Shown here piece by piece: positions 28,257 through 37,992 of a stretch of DNA of 64,000 bases; position 1 is the first letter of the stretch, and every line of letters begins with the position of its first letter. A program made the translations under genes and the position numbers. Below the pieces are notes generated by a model that saw only the letters and a program-made list of their open reading frames with translations, was not told the origin of the DNA and did no database searches. Origin of the DNA: Thermoproteota archaeon (GTDB lineage: Archaea; Korarchaeota; Korarchaeia; Korarchaeales; Korarchaeaceae); contig JAOZFN010000009.1 in NCBI GenBank assembly GCA_027492205.1, positions 1 through 64,000 of the forward strand, given 5' to 3'.

Positions 28257-29798
28257 TCAGCCGAGGGGTGTTCCTAGCTCCTCTAGGGGAGCCCCGGCCA
28301 GGAACCTCTTGACGGCCTCGACAAGGACGGCCCTGTCTGCCCTCACCTGGGCCATGGTGTCCCTGTCCCTGAGGGTGACGGTCCCGTCATCGAGCGTCTG
28401 ATAGTCGACCGTGATGCATAGCGGCGTTCCGACCTCGTCCATGCGCCTGTACCTCCTGCCTATGGAGTCCTTCTCGTCATAGTAGACGAAGAACTCGCCC
28501 GAGAGCTCCCGAGCTAGCTCCCTCGCGACCTCCGGGAGCCCGTCCTTCGAGACGAGTGGAAACACGGCCACGTCGATCGGGGCGAGGTACCTCGGTATCT
28601 TGAGCCACTTTCTCTTCTCATCCTCCACGTAGGACATCATGAGCAGGTGGAGAACCGTCCGGTCCAGGCCGATAGACGGCTCGTAGAGGTGCGGCGCCAC
28701 CTTTCCCCTCGGGGTCTGGACCGAGAGATCGATACCAGACGCCTTGGAGTGACCCTTCAGGTCGTAGTCGGTTCGGTAGGCATTGTTGACCAGCTCCACC
28801 CAACCGAGATCCTCTGTGTACACCTCGAGGTCCCAGTGGGCGGAGGCGTAGTGGGCCCTCTCGTCAGGGCCCAGCTCCCGATACCTGAGCCTCTCCAGCG
28901 GGAGGCCGATTACCTCGTTGAAGAACTTCTGATAGATCACCAGCCAGTAAGTGATGAGCGAGTTTATGGTGTAGCCGCTCTCCAGGGCCTCGCGGGCCGT
29001 AATCTCCGTGATCTCGCCCGTGTCTCTGTCATCCAACCGAAGGAACCTGAGCCTGTAGTCCAGCAGGGGCCTCAGCTTCTCGTCGTACTGAGATGTGTCC
29101 TCCGGATCGAAGAATACGTGGATCTCGAGCTGCTGGAACTCCCTCATCCTCACCAGGGCACGCCTGGGCGCTATCTCGTTCCTGAACACCCTCCCCCTCT
29201 GGGCCATTATGAAGGGGAGCTTCCCCCTCATGGTCAGGAAGGTCCTCCTGAACTCGACCACGCTGCCCTGAGTCGTCTCAGGCCTCAGAGCGGCGTTAGG
29301 CTCCTCTGCCTCGGCCCCGACTGCGATGGTGAACATCAGGTTGAACCTCTTCACCTCGGTCCAGTCGAAGGCCCCGCACTTGGGGCACCTGACCTCCCCC
29401 TCCAGCAGCATGCGGTGCAGCTCCTCGTCTGGGTATCCCTCGAGGTTCTCCTTCACCCCCAGCTTCTCCTCCAAGAGCTTGTCGATCCTGAACCTCGAGT
29501 GGCACCTCTTACACTCCACCAGCCTGTCGAAGAAGTGCTTGAGGTGTCCAGAGGCATCGAAGACCTGTATGGGAAGCATCAGCGGGGTCTCGAGCTCGAA
29601 CGCCCCTTCTGGCCTGACGATGTGCCTCCTCCACAGGTCGGCAATCTTTTCCTTAAGCCTGTAGCCCAGGGGCCCGTAGACCCAGAAGCCCGCGGGGGCC
29701 TGGGGGTACAGGTCCCTAGCGGAGGGCCAGAAGAATCCCCTCCGATTCGCCAGCTCGACAACCTTCTCGAACGTCCCCTTCACAGCAGGCCCAGCCAT
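28257..29798 (-). CDS. glyS: Glycyl-tRNA synthetase (alpha2 type)
   Basis: RRGF, FNLMF, LRPETTQG, FRNEI, RMREFQQLE, EPSIG, SIGRRYRRMDEVG. Confidence 0.95.
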   Translation of the reverse strand: MAGPAVKGTFEKVVELANRRGFFWPSARDLYPQAPAGFWVYGPLGYRLKEKIADLWRRHIVRPEGAFELETPLMLPIQVFDASGHLKHFFDRLVECKRCHSRFRIDKLLEEKLGVKENLEGYPDEELHRMLLEGEVRCPKCGAFDWTEVKRFNLMFTIAVGAEAEEPNAALRPETTQGSVVEFRRTFLTMRGKLPFIMAQRGRVFRNEIAPRRALVRMREFQQLEIHVFFDPEDTSQYDEKLRPLLDYRLRFLRLDDRDTGEITEITAREALESGYTINSLITYWLVIYQKFFNEVIGLPLERLRYRELGPDERAHYASAHWDLEVYTEDLGWVELVNNAYRTDYDLKGHSKASGIDLSVQTPRGKVAPHLYEPSIGLDRTVLHLLMMSYVEDEKRKWLKIPRYLAPIDVAVFPLVSKDGLPEVARELARELSGEFFVYYDEKDSIGRRYRRMDEVGTPLCITVDYQTLDDGTVTLRDRDTMAQVRADRAVLVEAVKRFLAGAPLEELGTPLG

Positions 29799-30364
29799 CG
29801 GACCACCTTCTCCGGAATCTTGGCCTCCTCTAGGATCACCCGAAGGGCGTCCTCCTTGCTCGAGCCCTCCATGGTCAGCATCTCCATTAGAAACTTGGCG
29901 GTCTCCGCGTACTCCCAGGGGTATATCACCCAGCTCTCGGTCTGCTCCACGTAGTAGTCCGGAGTTACCTTGCTCCAAGGCTTGTAGTGGAGCGTCGCGG
30001 CGCGGACCTCCGAGGCCCCCATTTCCCTCACGTGCCTGACGGCCTCGGCTAGGCTGTCTCCCGTGTCGGCCACGTCGTCCACCACCAGCACCCTCTTTCC
30101 GTCCACCCTTTCCCTGAGGGGCTCCACGATCCTAGCTCCCTCCCTCTTCTCGAGGGCGGAGTAGTGCTCTATCCTCACGCTCCTTATCTCCCTAACGTCC
30201 AGGAAGTCGCTGAGATAGCGGGCGATGACCATGCCACCCCTGAAGATGGACACGAGGACCTCGGGCCGGTATCCGTTCCTGGTGATCTTGTCTGCCAGCT
30301 TCATGGTCATCTCGAGGATGTCGTTCGGCCTAACGGTCAGAAACTCCACCAGACCACCTCCCAA
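29780..30364 (-). CDS. Purine-type phosphoribosyltransferase
   Basis: RGG, VLVVDDVADTGDS PRPP motif, WVIYPWE. Confidence 0.9.
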   Translation of the reverse strand: MGGGLVEFLTVRPNDILEMTMKLADKITRNGYRPEVLVSIFRGGMVIARYLSDFLDVREIRSVRIEHYSALEKREGARIVEPLRERVDGKRVLVVDDVADTGDSLAEAVRHVREMGASEVRAATLHYKPWSKVTPDYYVEQTESWVIYPWEYAETAKFLMEMLTMEGSSKEDALRVILEEAKIPEKVVRWLGLL

Positions 30365-30656
30365 CCTGAAGGGGAGGACAGCGACACGGCTTGAAGCCGC
30401 ACCGGGGACACCCCCAACCGTACCTCTCGACGAACGCCGACTCCAAGTCGACGTCCAGGAGGTCGAGGGTGCTTAACAGCCAGGCGAAGACGTCCGCCGC
30501 CTCGGCCCTGATGTCCTCCTCAGATCCCCGCCTGATAGCCTCCAGCAGCTCACCCAGCTCCTCAACGAGGTGCAGAGCCGTGAGCGGGGCGCCCCTCTCC
30601 GAGTCCCTCTCGTGGTAGGTCTCCCGAATGAGCGCCTGGGCCTCGGAGATCCTCAA
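30330..30656 (-). CDS. MazG-like NTP pyrophosphohydrolase with a C-terminal Cys motif
   Basis: LVEELGEL, EAADVFAW, CPRC..PCRC. Confidence 0.88.
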   Translation of the reverse strand: MRISEAQALIRETYHERDSERGAPLTALHLVEELGELLEAIRRGSEEDIRAEAADVFAWLLSTLDLLDVDLESAFVERYGWGCPRCGFKPCRCPPLQVGRWSGGVSDR

Positions 30657-30668
30657 CTGGCAGGCACC

Positions 30669-30833
30669 TCACGCGGCCGCCCTAAGCACTAGGAGGATCA
30701 CGGAAGACGCTATGGAGACCGCCACGGGGAACCACTTTGGAACCTTCAGGCCGCCGGACTCCTCCTGTGAGAAGGACAGCAAGCCGGCGGTCGACATCGG
30801 CATGAAGCTCCGCTCCTTCTTTTTCTTGGGCAT
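30669..30833 (-). CDS. secG: Preprotein translocase subunit Sec61beta (54 aa; absent from the ORF track)
   Basis: Hand translation MPKKKKERSFMPMSTAGLLSFSQEESGGLKVPKWFPVAVSIASSVILLVLRAAA; the AGLLSF motif and single TM are typical of archaeal Sec61beta. Confidence 0.85.
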   Translation of the reverse strand: MPKKKKERSFMPMSTAGLLSFSQEESGGLKVPKWFPVAVSIASSVILLVLRAAA

Positions 30834-30943
30834 ACTCCCTCCCCTTCGCCCACCGAGGGGACGAGGGATATAACTTTGACTCCAACCGCTGTAACTGGGT
30901 CAGGGGCCGACCAGTGGAAAAATCTTAAGGTCGAGCGGACGGG

Positions 30944-31918
30944 GTGAGCGCCTCGTTGGAGATAAGACTCTCAAACGGCGTAGAGGTTCGTGAGGGGGAC
31001 ACCAGAATCCTCCTCGACCCGAGGAGGACGGAGCCAGGCGTGCCCACCCTGGTGTCCCACGCACACGCCGATCACGTGCCGAGGGACCTCAAGACCTCCT
31101 CCTCACCGCTCGCCTGCACCCGAGCAACGGCGGACGTGATATGGGCCAGGTACGGGGGTATCAGGAGGCCGGTGATAGTCGAGTTTGGGGAGCCCATAGA
31201 GGTTGGCAGCCTGACGATCACGGCCTATCCAGCCGGGCACATCCTCGGCTCGGCCATGTTCCTCATCGAGGGCAGGGGACCTTCCCTCCTGTACACGGGC
31301 GACGTTAACCCCCTGGGGGGCCTCACGGTCGAGTCGCCAGCGATCGTTCCGAGGGCGGACGTGATAGTCATGGAGTCCACCTACGGCTCCCCGAGGTTCG
31401 GGTTTCCCCACCCCCAGAGGGTCAGGGCTGAGCTCGCCCTCTGGGCGGCCAGGGTCATGAGGGAAGGGTCTACGCCCGCCGTGCTGGCCTACGCCGTTGG
31501 AAAGGCCCAAGAGGTCATCGCAGCGCTGAACAGGCTGCTCGACGTCCCGGTTCAGGCCGATCCTGAGATCATGAGGGTGACCGAGGCTTACAAAAACCAC
31601 ACTAAGGCAGATCTCTCTGCCTCCCCGCTGGGAGGCCACGAAGGTGGAGTCGCCGTCGTGAGCGCCCGAAGCAGGGCGGTCGCCAGAAGGCTCTCCTTGG
31701 CGACTGGGTGGGTGGTACTGAGGGTTCCCAGGTGGGCTGACGCCGGATTCCCTCTGAGCTCTCACGCGGATTACGCGGGGCTGGTGGAGGTCGCGAGGAG
31801 ATCAGAAGCAGGTAGGGCTTACACGGTTTGGGGACGGACGAGAGAGCTTGCGAGAGGGCTAACCCTGGAGCTGGGCGTGGAGGCCAAGCCACTCAGCTCG
31901 AGGTGGGAGTCCCTCTAA
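30944..31918 (+). CDS. Metallo-beta-lactamase/beta-CASP nuclease
   Basis: SHAHADH, AGHILGS, YTGD, MESTYG, GKAQE, SSHAD. Confidence 0.88.
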   Translation: MSASLEIRLSNGVEVREGDTRILLDPRRTEPGVPTLVSHAHADHVPRDLKTSSSPLACTRATADVIWARYGGIRRPVIVEFGEPIEVGSLTITAYPAGHILGSAMFLIEGRGPSLLYTGDVNPLGGLTVESPAIVPRADVIVMESTYGSPRFGFPHPQRVRAELALWAARVMREGSTPAVLAYAVGKAQEVIAALNRLLDVPVQADPEIMRVTEAYKNHTKADLSASPLGGHEGGVAVVSARSRAVARRLSLATGWVVLRVPRWADAGFPLSSHADYAGLVEVARRSEAGRAYTVWGRTRELARGLTLELGVEAKPLSSRWESL

Positions 31919-31959
31919 CCGGCCTCCATGCCCAGCCCTCCCCTACAACCCTCCGAACC

Positions 31960-32466
31960 TCAGGCCTTAGCGAGGGACCGGAGGACCTCAGGCGGGATCT
32001 CGTCGGGCACTATAGATGCCTGCTCCCTGACGGTCTCCAGCACGAGCGAGGTGTTGGTCTCCCTCACGCCGGGGATGCTAAGTATCCTCTTCAGGAGCTC
32101 GTTGAGCTCGTGCTGATCGCCAGCGATGAGCTTCACGACTATGTCGTACGGGCCCGTTATCTCGTGGACCTCGAGCACGTTCTGTGGGGCGATATCGACA
32201 ACCTTCTTGGCCACCTCTGCGTGCTTGCCTGGCTCTGTCCTCATGAGGATTATGTACTTGTACCCCTTGCCCAGCTTGGCGTGGTCCACTAGGGCCGTGT
32301 ACCCCTTGATGATCCCCAGCTCCTCCAGCTTCCTGACCTTCTTCATGACGCCAGCTGGACTCATGCCAAGCTCCCTGGCGATCTGGGTGTATGTCACCCT
32401 CCCGTCCTCCACGAGCTTCTTCAGGATATTTAACTCCCGGTTGGTTATACCCTTCCTTCTGGGCAT
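31960..32466 (-). CDS. Lrp/AsnC family regulator
   Basis: N-terminal HTH (LEELGIIKGY) and ITGPYD RAM domain. Confidence 0.92.
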   Translation of the reverse strand: MPRRKGITNRELNILKKLVEDGRVTYTQIARELGMSPAGVMKKVRKLEELGIIKGYTALVDHAKLGKGYKYIILMRTEPGKHAEVAKKVVDIAPQNVLEVHEITGPYDIVVKLIAGDQHELNELLKRILSIPGVRETNTSLVLETVREQASIVPDEIPPEVLRSLAKA

Positions 32467-32576
32467 TACAAAGTCACCCCTACATCCTCGACTCCGAAGG
32501 GCGCATTATCGCGCCCTACCAACCCTAAACATCAGAAACCTAAATAAAAAGTTTCAAGTTAAGGCCGTGTCTCCCA

Positions 32577-34310
32577 ATGGCCTTCCCAATATTTTACAGG
32601 GGAATAATCAAAGCCGCTAGAAGGGTCTTCAGATTAGGCAGTTTTCGACTGGCGGTCGGCATAGGAGCCCTTGAGGGCGCAGCACTATTCTTAGCGTGTT
32701 TTTGGGTGTGCGACATCAACGCAACGATTTGGTTAACACTAACATATTCCGCATCTCTCGTAATTGCGTTCACACTGTTGAGCGGCGTCGGCGGGCCACT
32801 CGACTCGAGGAGGGCCGCCTGGCTGGTAACACTCACACAGGCACCTCTTGCCATCGCACCCCTGGCGCTCGCCCCCCTCGGGGCCAGGGGGATCTACTCG
32901 GGGCTGCTGGCTGGCCTCCACGCCTCCATCTATCTGAGGGCCCTCTCGGTCCTGTCAATGACCATGGAGGTTGGGAGGGCGCTTCCATCCTTTCTTGCGC
33001 CTCTTCTCGTGGCTTGGTGGCCGGTTAAGTCCGGTGAGATGGGACTTCCACTGCTCGGCCTCCCACTGCTGACCGCGGCACTCACACTCTGGCTGACGCT
33101 GGAGACGGAAGACAGGATTTCGAGGAGGCTCGTCGGAGAGAACGCCCTTCAGACGGTGAGGGCAATTGCCAGGCTCCTGCTTGTGGGCGACCCGGACCCC
33201 CTGGAGAGCATCCTCGCCGCGAGGGCCAAGCCGGGGAGGGTGGGGATCCTGGGGGTGAAGTTGGGGAGCGTGGCGGTTGTGGCCCCCGACTTCCACCCCG
33301 GACCGCTTGGAGATGCCGGCAGCTCCAACGGGCCCTACAGGGTCTTATCAAGCTTAGAGGGGGCTGGACTCAAGGCGATATTCCTCAGGAGGGTGAGCAC
33401 TCACGGGAGGAACCTCCCCAGCAGGTGGTGGATTGACAAGGTGGCCGAGCGCACCCTGGTGATCTTGAATTCTGCCCCCCCGGTTGAAGTGGGTCCCCCG
33501 GTGATCGTCAGATCGGAGACGGAGAGCATCGAGGTGTCCGCCCAGCGATTTGGCGACTACGTGCTGCTAGCAATATCCGGCTGGCCCAGAGACGCCGAGG
33601 ACTTCCCTGAGACGGTCGAGCTGAGGCTGAAGGAGCGGGTTTCCGCCTCGGGCGGCGGGCCTATCCCGCTGATCGTTGACAGGCACGACTCCCTCGGGGC
33701 CGGCGAGCCGTGGAGCGTTGAGCCCTTCAGCGTGGAGGAGGAGCTCATCTTGGAAGCCGCCTGGAGGGCGTATCGGGGGGCGGTCGGCTCCCCCACCTCC
33801 AAGCGAGTGCTCGTGGGATTCGGCTCGGCCCACGGTCTCAAGGATGAACTCTCAAGCGTGGGGCCCGGTGGAGTGAGGGTCGTAACCTTGAGGGCGGCCG
33901 ACGGATCCTGGGCCGTCGCCTACGTGTCTGTGGACGGAAACAACATGGTGCCGGAGCTCAGGGCCAGGATATGCGCGAGGCTCAGGTCGGCCAGATACGA
34001 GCCCATAGTCGCCACCACTGACACGCACTACACGCTCTCGCCCGAGACCCCGATCAACCCGGTGGGGTGGGAGGGTGAGGAGGAGGCCGTCCTTAGGCTG
34101 GTAGAGACGGCCCTGGAGGAGGCCGAGTCATCGGAGGCACCAGCGCCCGTGAGCGCAGGCTACGGTGAGTTGGAGGTCATGCTGGTCGGTCGAGAAGCCG
34201 TCGACTCCATCGCCCTCGCGGCCGTGACGGCAGACCACGCGGCCCCCCTCGTGGCGATGGGGGCCGCGGTGCCGATGCTGCCTACGGCGCTGGTGGGCCT
34301 CCTGTTCTGA
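32577..34310 (+). CDS. DUF2070-family membrane protein
   Basis: N-terminal TMs, HPGP, STH, DRHD, DGNN, TTDTH. Confidence 0.8.
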   Translation: MAFPIFYRGIIKAARRVFRLGSFRLAVGIGALEGAALFLACFWVCDINATIWLTLTYSASLVIAFTLLSGVGGPLDSRRAAWLVTLTQAPLAIAPLALAPLGARGIYSGLLAGLHASIYLRALSVLSMTMEVGRALPSFLAPLLVAWWPVKSGEMGLPLLGLPLLTAALTLWLTLETEDRISRRLVGENALQTVRAIARLLLVGDPDPLESILAARAKPGRVGILGVKLGSVAVVAPDFHPGPLGDAGSSNGPYRVLSSLEGAGLKAIFLRRVSTHGRNLPSRWWIDKVAERTLVILNSAPPVEVGPPVIVRSETESIEVSAQRFGDYVLLAISGWPRDAEDFPETVELRLKERVSASGGGPIPLIVDRHDSLGAGEPWSVEPFSVEEELILEAAWRAYRGAVGSPTSKRVLVGFGSAHGLKDELSSVGPGGVRVVTLRAADGSWAVAYVSVDGNNMVPELRARICARLRSARYEPIVATTDTHYTLSPETPINPVGWEGEEEAVLRLVETALEEAESSEAPAPVSAGYGELEVMLVGREAVDSIALAAVTADHAAPLVAMGAAVPMLPTALVGLLF

Positions 34311-34370
34311 GGTGGGTTGGCCTAAGCTGAGGCGCGACAGATTTAATTCAGGAGAGGGGAGATTAAAGAG

Positions 34371-35640
<1,270 letters not shown>

Positions 35641-35644
<4 letters not shown>

Positions 35645-37194
35645 TCCTCACCCCTCGGGGCCCGCGCCGAGAGCCTGCCGATCACCAGCCCTATGCCCGC
35701 GGCCGCGACGGCCACCACCGCGGTAAAGGTGCTCGAGGCTCCCCCCAGCGGGGCTGACCGGGAGGGCGCGGCCGGGGTTCGCTCAGGCGAAGCCGACGGA
35801 ACGCTCACCTCAAAGTCGGAGAACTCCGGCTGTCCGGGCGCGGCCGCGTAGTAGACGCGCAGAGTCGAGGAGGTCTCGTTTCTGGACGGCTCGCACGATA
35901 TGGAGAACGTCAGGGTCTCCTCGGGATCGAGCTCGCCGAGGAAAACGCCCTGCCCCTCGCAAGCGCCCTCCACGACCGTGACGTTTACGCCCTTCGCTTG
36001 CCCGTCGCCGACGTTCGCCAGCAGACCGCGGACGTAGAGCTTGCCAGCCACCCACTCGGCCGAGGCTGAGGTGAGCGTCACCCGAGCCCTCTGGCTCCTG
36101 TAGAACCCGAGGGTCACGGTCCTCTGGGCTGGCCTGCCCCCGCTCGAGTACGCCAACTCGACCGTCAGGGAGTACGTCTCCGGGGCCTCGGACGGGAGCA
36201 CGCGGAGCCTGACCAGCGCAGACTCCCCCGGGGCTATGTCTCCGAGCCTAAGGGAGGAGGGTCCGAGAACCGTGGCCCCCTGCGAATGCACCGACAGGTG
36301 GACGTCCTCGGCCCCCAGCTCCCCCTCATTCGCGACCCTCAGGTCGATCACGTTCTCGACGCCAGGGGTCAGGCCCTCCTGGGCGATCGAGACCACGAGG
36401 TCGGCCTCGCCCTCCGATGACACCAGAACCGGCAGAGAGAACTCGGCCGTCCTCTCACCGGCCTCGAAGGCGTACCTCACCTTCAGGGCAATCACTGCCT
36501 CGCCCTCAAAGTCCGCCGGGGCGGAGACCGGTATGTCGAGCTCGGCCCACCCTCCGGGGCCTATCACGATCCCCTCGGCCAGGCTCGTCAGGAGGGGGGT
36601 GAGCTCCCTGGAGACCACCTGCACGGAGACTATGCGGGCGTCGACCCCTCCTCTGTTGATGAGGGTCACGCGAAGGGTGCCGGTGGACCCCTGCCTCAAG
36701 GAGAGTGATTGATGGGTTAGAACTAGCTCTGGGGGACCAGCCACCCTCAGGCCGTAGGTTAGGGCGCAAGCCTGGGCCTCCGCCGAGCGCATCCCCGCCT
36801 CCGAGAAGTTCAGCTCGAGCGTGATGAGCGCCGTCCCAGGGCCGGCGGCGGCCGTGACGTACGCGTCGAACTCTAGTGCCGCGCTCTGGGAGGGGCCTAT
36901 CACGATGGGAGTCGGGAGTTCGATAGAGGAGGCTCCCGACGCCGACCTGACCCCAGGCGGGAGCCTGACCCTCGCGTCCAGCACGGTCACCGACCTGGTC
37001 CCGTTGTTGCGGACGGCGAGCGAGACATGGACCAGACCCGTGCCCGGGAAGACGGGTCCCTGGTAAGTCGCGGGAGTCCACGAGGCCCCGTCCGCCTGGA
37101 GGACGCCACCACAGGACTGATCGGCCCCGGCCCGCGCGGGGGCCAAGGGGGCCGAGAGTAGGAGCACTAAGAGGGCCGCCTCACGGTATCGCAT
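35641..37194 (-). CDS. COG1361/S-layer-like Ig-repeat membrane-anchored protein
   Basis: Signal peptide, repeated N.G...A..V and LG.I.PGE motifs, C-terminal TM; lies between the ABC genes. Confidence 0.8.
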
Positions 37195-37876
37195 CCGGGC
37201 TCACCTCCCTGAGGACCCTGCCGTCCTTCAGCAGAATCACCCTGTCGGCCCGAGAGGCCATCTCGCGGTCGTGCGTGACCATGACGACGGTCCTTCCCTG
37301 GCGGGCGAGGTCTGCCAGCATCCGAACGACCTGCTCTCCCGACCTGGAGTCCAGGTTGCCGGTAGGCTCGTCGGCCAGCACGATCCTGGGGTCGTTGGCC
37401 AAGGCCCTCGCTATGGCCACCCTCTGCTGCTCGCCGCCGCTGAGCTCCCCCGGCCTGTGGTGGGCGCGCTCCCTGAGCCCCACCTGGTCCAGCAGCTCCA
37501 TGGCCCTGCGCCTCCTGCCCCCCCTGTGGTCTCCAATGGCGAGCGCCAGCTCCACGTTCTCGACGGCCGTCAGCCAAGGCACCAAGTTGAAGGTCTGGAA
37601 GACCAACCCTATGCTCCCCCTCCTGAGCCTGGTCGCCTCGGCGTCCCGTACCCTGGTGACGTCGGACCCGAGCAGGCTGACCGTCCCCCTGGTGGGCCTC
37701 GTCATGAGGCCGAGCACCATGAGGAGGGTCGTCTTCCCAGACCCGGACGGCCCCATCACCGCGACGAACTCTCCGGCGTAGATCCTGAGGCTGACTCCCC
37801 TCAGCGCCGCCACCGCAGAGCTCCCCGCCCCGTAGATCTTCCAGACGTCGCTGAGCTCGTAGACTTCCTTGGGCAT
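37181..37876 (-). CDS. ABC transporter ATP-binding protein (LolD/MacB type)
   Basis: GPSGSGKT, LSGGEQQRVAIARAL, ADEPTGNLD, VTHD. Confidence 0.95.
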   Translation of the reverse strand: MPKEVYELSDVWKIYGAGSSAVAALRGVSLRIYAGEFVAVMGPSGSGKTTLLMVLGLMTRPTRGTVSLLGSDVTRVRDAEATRLRRGSIGLVFQTFNLVPWLTAVENVELALAIGDHRGGRRRRAMELLDQVGLRERAHHRPGELSGGEQQRVAIARALANDPRIVLADEPTGNLDSRSGEQVVRMLADLARQGRTVVMVTHDREMASRADRVILLKDGRVLREVSPDAIP

Positions 37877-37992
37877 CTGCGGGATTATGGCGGCCCCGAT
37901 ATATTAACCTCCGGCCCCCTGCCGCCCCCAGCGACGCCCCAGATCGCCCGGAGAATAAGCCTTTTTATCGAGGGGAGGGAGGCCCGCCCCAG

